Assembly (NCBI GenBank): GCA_965206595.1
Contig: OZ242214.1
Location: 2,432,001-2,496,000, forward strand
DNA from: Candidatus Latescibacterota bacterium
GTDB taxonomy: Bacteria > Latescibacterota > UBA2968 > UBA8231
Direction: 5' to 3'
Length of the DNA stretch: 64,000 nt
Shown: one piece after another, positions 26,767 to 37,307 of the stretch
Numbering within the stretch: position 1 is the first letter of the stretch
Layout of the letters: each line of letters begins with the position of its first letter
Position numbers and translations under genes: made by a program
Notes under the pieces: generated by a model
Databases searched by the model: none
Seen by the model: only the letters and a program-made list of their open reading frames with translations
What the model was told of the DNA's origin: nothing

Positions 26767-28440
26767 ATGCCCGGCAACCCCCTCCCCTACCGATGGCCGC
26801 CGCGGATCATCTTCAATACCGACGGCTGCCTGGTCTTCAAGTACCTCAAACGCCGCAATCCCGACGACGTGACGGCCATGATGGCGCCGCTGGCGGACAC
26901 CGCCGTCGACGTCGTCTGCGTGCTCGTCGGCATCAACGACGACCTGAGCTGGCGGGGCAGCCCGCACGGCGAGCTGTGGGGGGAAACCATGGGCGCGCCG
27001 TCCGAGGGGATGGCCCCCAGCGATCTCCTGCAGCAGAACCTCGCCGCCCTGGTGGAGGACGGGCACGACGTTTTCCAGCTGTACGTCGATCGCGCCCGCC
27101 GGTCGGGCCTGGGCATCTTCGCTTCCTTCCGCATGAACGACGCCCACCGCAACATGGAGCACCGCATCGCGGACGCGCGCCGCTCCGCCCTGATGCTGAA
27201 GCGCCCGGATCTGCTGATCGCCTCGCCGGCGCCCGGCGGCGCGACGGGGTACGCAGAGGACTTCAACTTCTGCTGGCAATGGGATTACGCCCAGCCCGAG
27301 GTGCGCGGCCGTTTCCTCGGTCTGTTCGACGAAACCCTGGGGCGCTACGATGTCGACGGGCTGGAGCTGGATTTCTGCCGAACCTCCCCATTCTTCAAAC
27401 CGCACCAGGGATACAAACAGACCGCCGCGATGACGGAGTTCATGCGTCAGGCGCGCGAGATCGTGCGCAGCCGCGCAGCCGGGAAGGGCAGAGAGGTGAA
27501 GCTTTGCTGCCGCGTCCCCTGCAGCTTCGACGCCTGCCTGGAGCTGGGACTCGATGCGGAAACCTGGCTCGAGAACGGCCTGGTGGATATCGCGGTGGTT
27601 TCCTCGTCCGGAGGCTGGCAGCTGGAAATGGATGTGGAGCGAGCCGTGACCGCGGCGGGGAAGAGCGGAGCCCTCGTGTACGTCGGGTCGGCCGGGACGT
27701 ACAAAGCGTCGCCGCAGGAGGGCTACGAGAGCGGCCAGCCTTCGCTGCGGCGCGCCATCGCCCTCAACGGTTATCGGCAGGGAGCCGCCGGCATCCATCT
27801 CTTCAACCACGACTACGCCAACCATCGCGCGCAGCCGGTGGCGGAGGGGGACGCGAGCGACATGCCCCCGGTCGCATCACCGCCGCTCTACAGTGGGCTG
27901 CAGGCTTCGTTCGATTCGGACCGGTTTACGAGGAAGGACCTGCAGACTCTGTGCGATCTGGGCGATCCGCAAGCCCTGGCGCGGCTCGATCGCTGTTACC
28001 ACCTGAACGACAGTTCCTACCTGGGCGACTTTCGACCGCAACTGCCGCGCAGGCTGGCCCTCACCGGGCGCGGGGCAGGTCCGGCCCACGCCCTGCGGCT
28101 TCCCATCGAGGACGACATCCACGGCGGACGGGCTGACGGGCGCATCGTCGGGACGGAGCTGCGCCTTCGCCTCACCGGGCACGAGCCGTGCCTGCGGCGG
28201 ATTCGCTGCGAGGTGAACGGACGGCGCGTCGACCTGCTGTCGGCGTGGAAAGTGCGGAACTCGCTGGACGAGGAATGGCTGGCGGTGGACGACCCCCCGC
28301 TGCGCCTCGGTGAAAACCGGGTTCTGGTGGTGATCGAGGGGTTCGACCTGCCGGAAGGGTACGAGCCGAAGGGGCCGGGACCGGGAGCGGGTTGGCCGAC
28401 CTTGCATCAGTGTGAACTGCTGGTCAGGTGCGCTGACTAG
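26767..28440 (+). CDS. Glycoside hydrolase-like TIM-barrel protein (GHL10-like)
   Basis: IIFNTDG, SFRMNDAH, WDYAQPEVR, YDVDGLELDF. Confidence 0.7.
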   Translation: MPGNPLPYRWPPRIIFNTDGCLVFKYLKRRNPDDVTAMMAPLADTAVDVVCVLVGINDDLSWRGSPHGELWGETMGAPSEGMAPSDLLQQNLAALVEDGHDVFQLYVDRARRSGLGIFASFRMNDAHRNMEHRIADARRSALMLKRPDLLIASPAPGGATGYAEDFNFCWQWDYAQPEVRGRFLGLFDETLGRYDVDGLELDFCRTSPFFKPHQGYKQTAAMTEFMRQAREIVRSRAAGKGREVKLCCRVPCSFDACLELGLDAETWLENGLVDIAVVSSSGGWQLEMDVERAVTAAGKSGALVYVGSAGTYKASPQEGYESGQPSLRRAIALNGYRQGAAGIHLFNHDYANHRAQPVAEGDASDMPPVASPPLYSGLQASFDSDRFTRKDLQTLCDLGDPQALARLDRCYHLNDSSYLGDFRPQLPRRLALTGRGAGPAHALRLPIEDDIHGGRADGRIVGTELRLRLTGHEPCLRRIRCEVNGRRVDLLSAWKVRNSLDEEWLAVDDPPLRLGENRVLVVIEGFDLPEGYEPKGPGPGAGWPTLHQCELLVRCAD

Positions 28441-28646
28441 AGCGGGTGCGCAGGAATCGTCGTCTACGGCTGGTATCGGCGTTGCCGGCCGGCCGCCGGG
28501 GCAGCGCCGAGCAACCGCAGACGGAGCCCACGCGCAGCTGACGACGCCGATCTCGGGGAATTTCCCCCGCAACCGATTCCGATCCACCTTATCCGCGGTT
28601 TTCGCCAAGCCCACCTGTCACCTCAACCCACCGGAAACTTTCATCC

Positions 28647-29057
28647 ATGTCCGAAGTCACCGATCAGACCATCCAGGAGGGGTTCGAACAGTTCGCCAGG
28701 ATGGCGGGCGAGGAACGTGCCTCGCAGCTGCGCGAAGCCTGGCACCGCATCTCGCCGGACTTCGAACATTTCGTCCTCGGCGCTCTGGGAGGCCAGGTCT
28801 GGACCCGGCCCGGCCTCGACCCGCGCACCCGCAGCCTGGTCACGATCTCGGCGCTGGCCGCTCTCAATCGCCCGCGCGCGCTGAGCCTGAACATCGAGAT
28901 GGCCCTCGGCAACGGCGCCACCCGCGAGGAGATTCGCGAGACCCTGTTGCAGATGGCCTTTTACGCTGGTTTCCCGGTCGCCTGGGAGGGACTCGCCGCA
29001 GCCGACGAGGTCTTCAGGCAGCTCGACGCCAACTGTTCGGGAACGGCACCCATCTGA
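28647..29057 (+). CDS. Carboxymuconolactone decarboxylase (CMD/AhpD-like) family
   Basis: VWTRPGLDPRTRSLVTISAL, EIRETLLQMAFYAGFP. Confidence 0.85.
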   Translation: MSEVTDQTIQEGFEQFARMAGEERASQLREAWHRISPDFEHFVLGALGGQVWTRPGLDPRTRSLVTISALAALNRPRALSLNIEMALGNGATREEIRETLLQMAFYAGFPVAWEGLAAADEVFRQLDANCSGTAPI

Positions 29058-29326
29058 CCGATGCGGTCTGTTTTGCGCCGATGCCGAACCGGTGCGCACC
29101 GGCGCCCCCTGCCATGCCGGCAGTGCGCTGGCGACGGTTGGTCAGCGCTATTCAGAAATATCGCCTGTCTCAACTGCAATTCCAGGTGCCGGGGAATGGG
29201 ATTCGAGGCGCAGGCGAGCATCGCAGGCAGTCGCCGGGGGTGCGACGGAGCCGAGGATGCGATGATTCGATGGCCGGGGGGTCCCATCCTTGAGGGATGT
29301 CCCGAGAGAACGCAAGGAGGGAGACC

Positions 29327-30227
29327 ATGTACTACCGACGTCCGCTGCACGTCCTCAGTGGGGTCTATCGCCCCCTGCCGGCACGGCGCTTCGTCATGAC
29401 GACGATGGGCGGGTACTGGCCGGTCATCCAGAAGCTGCACAACGGCCACCTCGGCGTCGTCACTCGAGACGGCGATTTCCACCTTGGAGAGCGGGGCCGC
29501 CTGGTCTTCGTCCATTCCCCGGACGGCGGGGAGTCGTGGAGCCGTTCCATGGCGATATCGGAAGAGGGATCCGACAACCGCAACCCCGCCTTCGGGGTCA
29601 CATCCCGGGGGACGCTGCTCGCCTCTTTCATCAAACAGGTGAACTACACGGACGGCGTGTACGACAGGGTCCATACGGTGCCGACCCCGCTGTACCTGGC
29701 GCGCTCCGAGGACCACGGGCAGACCTGGGCCACCGGGCTTGCCCAGGTCGAAGGCCACGACGAATTCATCGTCGAGTCCCCCTTCGGCAAGATGATCACC
29801 CGTGCCGACGGGGGCGTGATCATGCCCTTCTACCGGGACGGGGCCAGCGCTTTCATCACCTCGCGGGACGACGGACGGACGTGGAGCCCACCCAACCTCA
29901 TCGCGGACGGCGGCTACAACGAGACGGGCCTGTGCGACCTGGGCGGCGGCCGCTTCCTCGCCGTGTTCCGCGACGACGATCGGGGCGCGTTGTCGCAGTC
30001 CGTCTCCGGCGACGACGGCGCTACCTGGTCGGATCCGGTGCGGATTACCGAACCTGCAGAGCATCCGGGGCAGCGACCTAGGATACCCGAGCAGCATCCA
30101 GCGCGACGACGGCGCGGTCGTGACCGTCTACTACTCCGACCAGCTGCATATCCGCCGTGGACCGCACCCGGAAACCATCGGCATCCACGGCGCCGCGGTG
30201 ATTTACCGACCCGAAGACCTGCCATGA
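29327..30227 (+). pseudogene. Sialidase-like Asp-box protein with internal deletion and frameshift near 30070
   Basis: Four Asp-boxes; after AEHPG the frame jumps directly to SDLGYPSSIQRDDGAVVTVYY...EDLP*. Confidence 0.7.
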
Positions 30228-30243
30228 GAGGACTCGTGAATCG

Positions 30244-31272
30244 ATGAAAGCCCTCGTGAAAACCGCGGCAGGGGTCGGCAACGTCGATCTGCTGGATGTC
30301 CCGGAGCCGGCGCCGGAGTCCGGTCAACTCAAAATCGAAGTGATGGCCGCGGCGATCTGCGGCACGGATCTGCACATCCACGACGACGAATACCCGAACA
30401 ACCCGCCCTTCGTCCTGGGTCACGAGATGTCGGGCGTCGTCGTCGATGTGGGCGACGGCGTGACCGCCTTCAAGGTCGGCGACCGGGTGAGCTCCGAGAG
30501 TTTCCGGCATACCTGCGGGCAATGCCGGTTCTGCCGCAGCGGACTCATCGGACTCTGCATCGAGCGCCGCAGCATGGGCGTGCACGCCGACGGGGCCTTC
30601 GCCAGGTACGTGTGCCAGCGCGAGGAAAGCGTGCACAGGCTTCCGGCCAACGTCGACTTCGAAAGCGGCTCCCTGTGCGAGCCGACCGCGGTAGCGGTGC
30701 GTGCCGTGTACGAACGCGCCTCCGTATCCCCGGGCGATGTGGTCATGGTCTCGGGACCAGGGCCCGTCGGCCTGCTCTGCCTGCAGGCGGCCAGGGCACT
30801 CGGCGCCAAGGTCGTTCTGGTCGGAGCTCCCGGAGATGAAGCCCGCCTGGAGCTCGGGAAAGCACTGGGCGCCGACGCCGTCATTCAGGTGGGAACGGAC
30901 TCTTTCGATCAGCTGCAGGTCAGGACCGGCGGACTGGGAGCGGATATTGCGATCGAGTGCGGCGGGTCGCCGGCCTCGTTGCATCAGTGCATCGCCCAGG
31001 CTCGCAAGGGGGCGCAGCTGGTGCTGGTCGGCCTTTTCAGCGGCGATGTCGCGGTCGATCTCAACACCGCGATCATCAAGGAGCAGACCCTGCTCCCGAG
31101 CTTCACCTACGGGCACGAGACCTGGGAGCGGGCACTGCAGCTGCTCGGTGAGGGGAAGATCACGACTGCCCCGCTGATAAGCGGCCGTTTCCCGCTGGCC
31201 GAGTGGGAACAGGCATTCGCGAGCGTGCGTTCCCGGCGCGGGCACAAGTACCTGCTCCTGCCGGAGGCGTGA
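30244..31272 (+). CDS. Zinc-dependent medium-chain (polyol/threonine-type) dehydrogenase
   Basis: CGTDLH, GHE, CGQCRFCRSG..LC, GPGPVG. Confidence 0.92.
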   Translation: MKALVKTAAGVGNVDLLDVPEPAPESGQLKIEVMAAAICGTDLHIHDDEYPNNPPFVLGHEMSGVVVDVGDGVTAFKVGDRVSSESFRHTCGQCRFCRSGLIGLCIERRSMGVHADGAFARYVCQREESVHRLPANVDFESGSLCEPTAVAVRAVYERASVSPGDVVMVSGPGPVGLLCLQAARALGAKVVLVGAPGDEARLELGKALGADAVIQVGTDSFDQLQVRTGGLGADIAIECGGSPASLHQCIAQARKGAQLVLVGLFSGDVAVDLNTAIIKEQTLLPSFTYGHETWERALQLLGEGKITTAPLISGRFPLAEWEQAFASVRSRRGHKYLLLPEA

Positions 31273-31426
31273 ATTTCCGGCGCAAGTTATCCGTGGGACG
31301 CGGCTCTGTGAGGCTGTTCGACAGGGTTGGTCCGCTGCCTTCCGCCCCGGTCACCGACCCCCCAACCCGCCAAACCAGGCGCCGGCCTGTAGAACGACTT
31401 AGTCGGAATTCTATGCGAGGCGCCGA

Positions 31427-32101
31427 TCAGCGCTCGCGAACCAGCACCGCTCGCCCTTCGGTGAGTGCCCGTACCGCCCGCACGGCACCAGCCTTCATCA
31501 GGGCGGCATCCTCCTCGACGAGCAGCGCTTGCGTGCCGTCGACGCTCAGCTCCATCTCGCCTCCCGACACCAGCCAGTGTTCGTTCGCAGCCAGGGAGCC
31601 CTCGGCAGCCAGGGTCTCGCCGGCGTCGAAATGGATCTCGCGGAACTCGCTCAACGGACAGCGTTCCCCCAGGTCTGCAAGCGGTCCGCGATTCTCGACC
31701 CCCGGAACCACGAAGCCCTCCCCGGCCGGCACCGGCTCCCCCTCCTCCTCCACCAGGATGTGGGCGGCCCGCTTTCTGCCTTCCATCGGCGTTACGATCG
31801 CGGTGTTCTCGTAGGGCTCGAACATCTGGAAACGATGCACCACCCCCATCGGGGTGTAGACCATCGTGTTCGGAGTCACTTCCCGTTTTTGATCGCCGAC
31901 CCAGACCTCGCCGCGGCCGGAGCGGAACAGCCAGATCTCGTCGCCGTCGTGGTAGTGCGGCTCGACGCCGTGTCCCGGAGGGGCGGTCGTGAACAGGCGC
32001 AGGCAGTTGAGCGCCGTCCAGGACGGAAACTCGTCCTGCTCCCAGTACACGAGGTTGGAGTTCTGCGAACGGATCTCGAAGCGGTCCCCGCGCAGAATCA
32101 T
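31427..32101 (-). CDS. Bicupin-like protein
   Basis: EPHYHDGDEIW...PMGVVH cupin motif plus a second degenerate cupin. Confidence 0.8.
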   Translation of the reverse strand: MILRGDRFEIRSQNSNLVYWEQDEFPSWTALNCLRLFTTAPPGHGVEPHYHDGDEIWLFRSGRGEVWVGDQKREVTPNTMVYTPMGVVHRFQMFEPYENTAIVTPMEGRKRAAHILVEEEGEPVPAGEGFVVPGVENRGPLADLGERCPLSEFREIHFDAGETLAAEGSLAANEHWLVSGGEMELSVDGTQALLVEEDAALMKAGAVRAVRALTEGRAVLVRER

Positions 32102-32145
32102 CGGCGGCCTGGCCTGGCGATGGGATTCATGCCGGCCATGACCGC

Positions 32146-33102
32146 CTACACGCAGGCAAGGGCGGCGAGAAGCGCCTTGATGTAACCGACCGAGTAGGCG
32201 AAGGAGTGGGTGTTGCCGTCGACCCGGGTGATGTCCCCCTCGAGGCGCGGGTAGTGATCGGGATTGAGGCAGCCGTCGAAGCCGACGCGCCTGAGCTCGA
32301 GCAGGATCTTGAACATGTTCATGTCGCCGTCGTCGAGCAGCACTTCCTCGAAGCTGCCGGCGGTGGCGAAGCTGGCGCGCACGTTGCGGAAGTGGATCTC
32401 GAACAGCTTCCCCTTGCGGCCGTAGTTGTGAAGCTCGTCGAGCACCAGGGGCAGGCCGCCGGCCTCGGCGCGGGTGCCGCAGCAGTACAGGTACCCCACG
32501 CTCGGGCTGGGGAAGGCGTCGATCAGCCGGTGCAGCCCGAGGCCGCCGAAAAGGGCGTCGGCGTTGGGCGGGTCCGAGGGATGCATCATCAGCTTCACCC
32601 CGTTCTCCTCGGCGATCGGGACGAGGCGCTCGTACGCGGCGCACACCCTCGACCAGCGCTGTTCCTGGACCTCGGCGGGCGGCGGCGGGGACTTGTCTTC
32701 CGCCCTCGCCAGGCTCCCGCCGCGGGCGAGGTAGCCGCCCCGGTGAGGGGCCTCGTACCCCCCGACCATCCAGTCGTAGGTCGTGTAATGGAAATGGACC
32801 CTGCCCAGGGGATACCCCGCCTCGCCGATAACCCGCAGCGAGTCGCAGGCCACGTCGAGTTCATCCTCGACTCCCTCCTTTTCGTCCATGAAGGCTTGGC
32901 CGAGGTTCGGCAGGCTGACCCGGTTCACCTGCATCCCCCAGGAGTGGATCTTCCTGCGGATCTTCAGCGCTTCGTCGAGATCGAAGACGCCGCGATCGTC
33001 CATTGGCAGCGGCATGCCGTCGCAGCAGTCGACTCCGAGCTGGCACATCCGCTTGAGGTTGGAATCGGAAAAGTCGTGGCACCATCCGGCTACTTTGATC
33101 AT
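32146..33102 (-). CDS. uxuA: Mannonate dehydratase (UxuA) family
   Basis: VPIAEENGVKLMMHPSDPP, CCGT, IHFRNV, DDGDMNM, PDHYP, YSVGYIKAL. Confidence 0.75.
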   Translation of the reverse strand: MIKVAGWCHDFSDSNLKRMCQLGVDCCDGMPLPMDDRGVFDLDEALKIRRKIHSWGMQVNRVSLPNLGQAFMDEKEGVEDELDVACDSLRVIGEAGYPLGRVHFHYTTYDWMVGGYEAPHRGGYLARGGSLARAEDKSPPPPAEVQEQRWSRVCAAYERLVPIAEENGVKLMMHPSDPPNADALFGGLGLHRLIDAFPSPSVGYLYCCGTRAEAGGLPLVLDELHNYGRKGKLFEIHFRNVRASFATAGSFEEVLLDDGDMNMFKILLELRRVGFDGCLNPDHYPRLEGDITRVDGNTHSFAYSVGYIKALLAALACV

Positions 33103-33136
33103 CCTGCTTCTCCCGTTGTGTCGGCGCGCTCGCGCG

Positions 33137-34135
33137 CTACCAGGTTACTTTGCGGGCCCCGCCCCTGGGCCCGGCCTTCAACACCGCTTCGGCGACGGCC
33201 ACTGCCTTGATCGCCTCGGTGCCGGGAGAGATGCACTCCTCCTTCCCGGCGACGCAGGCGAGGAAATGGCGCGCCTGCTTCCGGTACATGTCTCCCGATC
33301 GGCCCCGCGTCCGGATCAGCTTCTCCCTCCCGCCGCCATCCGTAAGGCAGTAGAAGCTCTGCCCCTGCCCGGCGTTCGCCGGGGGTTTCAGCGAGCCGGT
33401 GCCGGTGGCAATCGATCCCCTGCTTCCGAGGACGTCGAACAAGCGGGTGCCGCGCACCGCCCACGACCAGCTCATCATCAGCTTGTTGCCGCCCCCGTAC
33501 TCGACGACCGCGGTGCCGGTGTCGACCGCGGTGACCTCCTCGTTCAGCTTGATCGAGCTCGCCACCACGTTCAGCGGATCCCCCCACATCATGTTGGCGA
33601 AGTCGTAGTTGTGCACGGCGCCGTCGATGAGCGGGCCGCCGCCGATCCGGTCGTCCATGAACCAGCCGCCGTTGACGCCGGCCGAGACGTCGCGCCACAT
33701 CACCGGCGCGCCGATGCGCCCCTCGACGACCGCCTTGCCCCAGGCGCCCCAGATCGAATCGAAGCGCCGGCAGTGGGCGACCATCAGCAGCTGCCCGGTC
33801 TGCTTCGAGGCCTCGATCATGCGGCGGCAGTCGGCGACCGTGCGCGCCATCGGCTTCTCCGTCATCACCGGCTTGCCCGCGCGCATGGCGTCGATGGCGG
33901 TGGCCTTGTGGTACAGCGTCGGCGTCGCCACTACGATTGCGTCGATCTCCCTGTCGGCGAGCATCTCCCGGTGGTCGCCGTAGAGCGTCATGCCGGGAAA
34001 GCGCTCCGCGGTCAGCGCGCGGGCCGCTTCGGAGGGGTCGGCTCCGGCCCAAAGGCGGCAGCCTCGAAGCGGCTTGAACGAGGAGATCTGCATGCGCGCC
34101 ATGTTGCCGAGGCCGATGAATCCGACGTTTATCAT
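33137..34135 (-). CDS. Gfo/Idh/MocA oxidoreductase
   Basis: VGFIGLG, VATPT..H, EKPMA, GGPLIDGAVHNYD. Confidence 0.9.
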   Translation of the reverse strand: MINVGFIGLGNMARMQISSFKPLRGCRLWAGADPSEAARALTAERFPGMTLYGDHREMLADREIDAIVVATPTLYHKATAIDAMRAGKPVMTEKPMARTVADCRRMIEASKQTGQLLMVAHCRRFDSIWGAWGKAVVEGRIGAPVMWRDVSAGVNGGWFMDDRIGGGPLIDGAVHNYDFANMMWGDPLNVVASSIKLNEEVTAVDTGTAVVEYGGGNKLMMSWSWAVRGTRLFDVLGSRGSIATGTGSLKPPANAGQGQSFYCLTDGGGREKLIRTRGRSGDMYRKQARHFLACVAGKEECISPGTEAIKAVAVAEAVLKAGPRGGARKVTW

Positions 34136-34484
34136 GGTCCCGTTTCCTTCCAGGGTTTGCTTTGGTTTATCCGTGACCGGCCCGCAAGCGACCGGGCTGT
34201 CTTGCGCGCAACGCTGCACCGGCCATCTCGATACCGGGGGACAATCCGTATCTGCCGCCGCCCACGAACCGAAAATTGGTGGGGACGTTCGACCCGCTTC
34301 CCGGTCCCCGGGGATCGGCAACCGGAGGTGGAACCGCCAAGTTAGCAGCGGCGGTCCCGCAGGTCCAGAAGCGGCCGCCCGTCAGGAAGCGGCGCGAAAA
34401 CCAAGCTCCGCCCCCGGAATGCCGGTGTGACGGATGCGGTAAAACGATCCCTCCGGCATCGCCCCAGACGCTCCCGCCTCCGCC

Positions 34485-34823
34485 TCAGTCCAGCTCGAAA
34501 AGCGGCACGTACCCCATCTCCCCCACCACCTGCTGCCCGTCCGGATCCAGCACCCAGTCGATGAACTGCTTCAGGCTCCCCTGCGGCGGCCGCACCGTGT
34601 AGAGCCCCAGGTAGCGGGAGATCGGGTACTCCCCGCCGCGCACCTTCTCCTCGGTGGGAGCCACCCCGTCGATCTCGCAGTGAAGCAGGCCGGGGCCGTA
34701 GGCCATGCCGCCGTAGCCGATGGCCGCCCGGTCCCCGGCGACCGCTTCGACTATGTCGCGCGTCGTCGGCAGCCTGCCGGCCGCCGGCGCATGCGGCTTC
34801 CCGGCGCCCTCGCATAGTACCAC
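34485..34823 (-). pseudogene. C-terminal fragment of a PstS-like phosphate-binding protein
   Basis: AIGYGGMAY, GVAPT...GEYPISRYL.LYT, FIDWVL..GQQVV..GYVPL; N-terminal half missing. Confidence 0.7.
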
Positions 34824-34824
34824 T

Positions 34825-35787
34825 CGCAGTAGTAGCGCGAGCCGAGCAGTCCCTTCTCCTCTCCGGTGACCAGCAGGAACAACAGCGAGCGGCGGATGCC
34901 GGCGTCGGCGAGGACCCGCGCCAGCTCGAGCGCCACCGACACCCCGAGGGCGTTGTCGACGGCGCCGTTGTAGATCGAGTCTCCCCTTACCGGGGCGCCG
35001 GTGCCGAGATGGTCGTAATGGGCGATCACCGTGAGGTTGGAGTCCTTCAGGATCGGGTCGCTTCCGGCCAGCACCCCGGCGACGTTGCAGTCGACGAAGG
35101 TGCGCTCGCGGGACTGCACCTGAAAGGTGATCCGCGTTTCGAGGGGGAAGCTGCGCAGACTTGCCAGCCGTTCGTGCTCGAGGACCTCGGCGAGGGTATG
35201 GCCGCTGCCGCGGAAGAGTTCGGCGGCGCGCTCCAAGCGCAGCACCACGTTGAGATGGTCCGATACCTCTATGGGGGACCGCACGTCCTCGAAGCGGAAC
35301 TGGTTCACCCAGTAGTCCCAGTCGAGCACCCTCCCCTCTCCCGGCAGGGGAATCATGATGCTGCCCCGGGCCCCGCGCGCCAGCGCCATCCGGTGCTTGG
35401 CCACCGGGTCGAAGTAGATGGTCGGCTAGTCCCCTTCGAAGAAATCCGCCTGCCCTGAGCGCGGCTCCCCCGAGAAGAAGACGGCAATGCCGTTCTCGAT
35501 GCCGGTGCAGCGGTAGTCGTCGTGGTCGTACTCGGGAGCGGCGATGCCTTACCCCGTGAACACCAGGGGCGCCGGCGTCGGAATCACGGTTTCGGTGCCG
35601 CTGTTGTGTCGTGCGCCAGCACCTCGAGGTGGGCGCGGATCGAATCCGCCGACACCCGCGCCACCAGCTCGTCGACCTGCACCGGTTCTCCCTCCCCGGC
35701 GTGGGCGCCGTGCGCGAGGCCGACTGCGGCGAACAGCGCCGCGGCGCGCTTTCCGACTGCGGGCAGGATTTCCGCTGCCGCTGCCAC
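34825..35787 (-). pseudogene. M28 peptidase (PA domain) pseudogene
   Basis: AHYDHLG, NGAVDNA, GEEKGLLGS; in-frame stops at 35549-35551 (FTG*GIAAPEY) and 35426-35428; deletion near 35590; C-terminus lost. Confidence 0.8.
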
Positions 35788-35793
35788 GACCGG

Positions 35794-36984
35794 TCACCCG
35801 CTCGATTCCCGGCTCGCCGCCGGTATCGCAGGGGAACCGATTGCGCCCGGTCCTGCTGCCACCCCGGCCGCCCGGCGGCCCCCGGAAACGCAGTCCGCCC
35901 CGACCGCTTCGCTCAGGTGGGAGAAGCCGTCCCGCTCGAGGAGCCGGCACAGGCCGCGGTTGATCTCCCTGACGATCCCCGGCCCCCTGAAGACGAGGGC
36001 CGTGTAGAGCTGCAGCAGCGTCGCCCCGAGGCGGATCTTCTCGTACGCGTCGGCCGCGGACGAGATGCCGCCGCTGCCGACAATGACGTGGCGGGAGTGG
36101 TCGAGGTGGGGGTACCAGGCGCGGATTGCCCGGTTGACGAGCTCCCTTAGCGGCGGCCCGCACAGCGTTCCCGGCATGCGCGCCAGCTCCGGGGCGGGGG
36201 TCTTCAGTCCCTGCCGGGAAATCCCCGGGGGCAGGTTGAAGACGATCCCCTTGACGAACGGGAAGCCGTCGATCGCGGCCAGCACCCCGTCTCGGCGACC
36301 CGGGTCGGCGCTGGCGGTCAGCTTGAGGAACACCGGGGGCAGCCCCGGGATGCCGGCGAGGATGTGCAGCAGTTCGCGGATCCTCGCCGCGTCGTCGAAC
36401 GGGCTCCGGCCGCCGCTGGTGTTCGGGCAGTTGAGGTTCAATGCGAGGTAGTCGGCGACGCCGGGGAACGCCTGCGCCGCCTCGCTCAGCTCGGCCGTCA
36501 CCTCGTCAGCCGCTACCGGGATCCCGGTGTTGGTCTCGACGAGGTTCACCCCGAGCGGCACGTTCACCCGGGAGCGCCCCAGCCGCCGCGCCACCACCTC
36601 TGCCCCGTCGTTCGGCACCCCGTAGTAGACGACGATGGCCTCGTCGGCGGGCAGGCGGAACAACCGCGGCCGTTCGCTGTTTCCCCGGGACGGGTGCGAC
36701 GACACCGAGCCGACCTCGAGGCTGCCGAAGCCGAGGGACGCAAGACCTCGCACCGCCCTGCCGCTCTTGTCGAAGCCGGCGGCGAGGCCGACCGGGTTGG
36801 CGAAGGACATGCCCGCCACCTGCTGGCGCAGGCGGTCGTCCTCGAAGCGGAAGTGCCTGCCGGCCGCCGCGGCCCCGAATCCCGTCCTGCCCAGGGCCGC
36901 TCCCAAGGCGATTGCGCCGTTGTGGGCCCGCTCCGGGTCGAGGCGGAACAGCAGGGGGCGCACCGCCCGGCGGTAGAGGCTCAT
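35794..36984 (-). CDS. pyrD: Dihydroorotate dehydrogenase (quinone), class 2
   Basis: LDPERAH, NPVGLAAGFDK, PRLFRL, NLNCPNT, SGGI, QLYTALVFRGP. Confidence 0.9.
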   Translation of the reverse strand: MSLYRRAVRPLLFRLDPERAHNGAIALGAALGRTGFGAAAAGRHFRFEDDRLRQQVAGMSFANPVGLAAGFDKSGRAVRGLASLGFGSLEVGSVSSHPSRGNSERPRLFRLPADEAIVVYYGVPNDGAEVVARRLGRSRVNVPLGVNLVETNTGIPVAADEVTAELSEAAQAFPGVADYLALNLNCPNTSGGRSPFDDAARIRELLHILAGIPGLPPVFLKLTASADPGRRDGVLAAIDGFPFVKGIVFNLPPGISRQGLKTPAPELARMPGTLCGPPLRELVNRAIRAWYPHLDHSRHVIVGSGGISSAADAYEKIRLGATLLQLYTALVFRGPGIVREINRGLCRLLERDGFSHLSEAVGADCVSGGRRAAGVAAGPGAIGSPAIPAASRESSG

Positions 36985-37089
36985 CGCGGTCCCTCCTCGC
37001 GGTACTGCCGTGTCAGCTCGGTCATGATCGCACCCGCCGGCAAGGGGTTATTCTGCCTCCCCCAACATACACAGGGGCAAGCTGCGATG

Positions 37090-37280
37090 CGATGAGCTGA
37101 ACGTGCAGGAGATCTATGCGGAAGGCCGCCACAACGCCTTGCCCGACATCTGCCGCTGGAGAGACCGCTACTACGTCGCCTTCAACTGCGGCGGCCGTGG
37201 CCACGGCGGGGGCCACGGCTTCTGCTTCCTCTCCTCGGCCCCTGCTCGATCTACCTGGCCCGGGTGTCGATGGAGTAGCT
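37090..37280 (+). pseudogene. Remnant of a BNR/sialidase-like gene (only the ends remain)
   Basis: EIYAEGRHNALPDICRWRDRYYVAF followed within about 100 nt by a C-terminal-type SIYLARVSME* in another frame. Confidence 0.4.
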
Positions 37281-37307
37281 GAAGAAGTAAAGCGGGGAGG
37301 GCCGCGG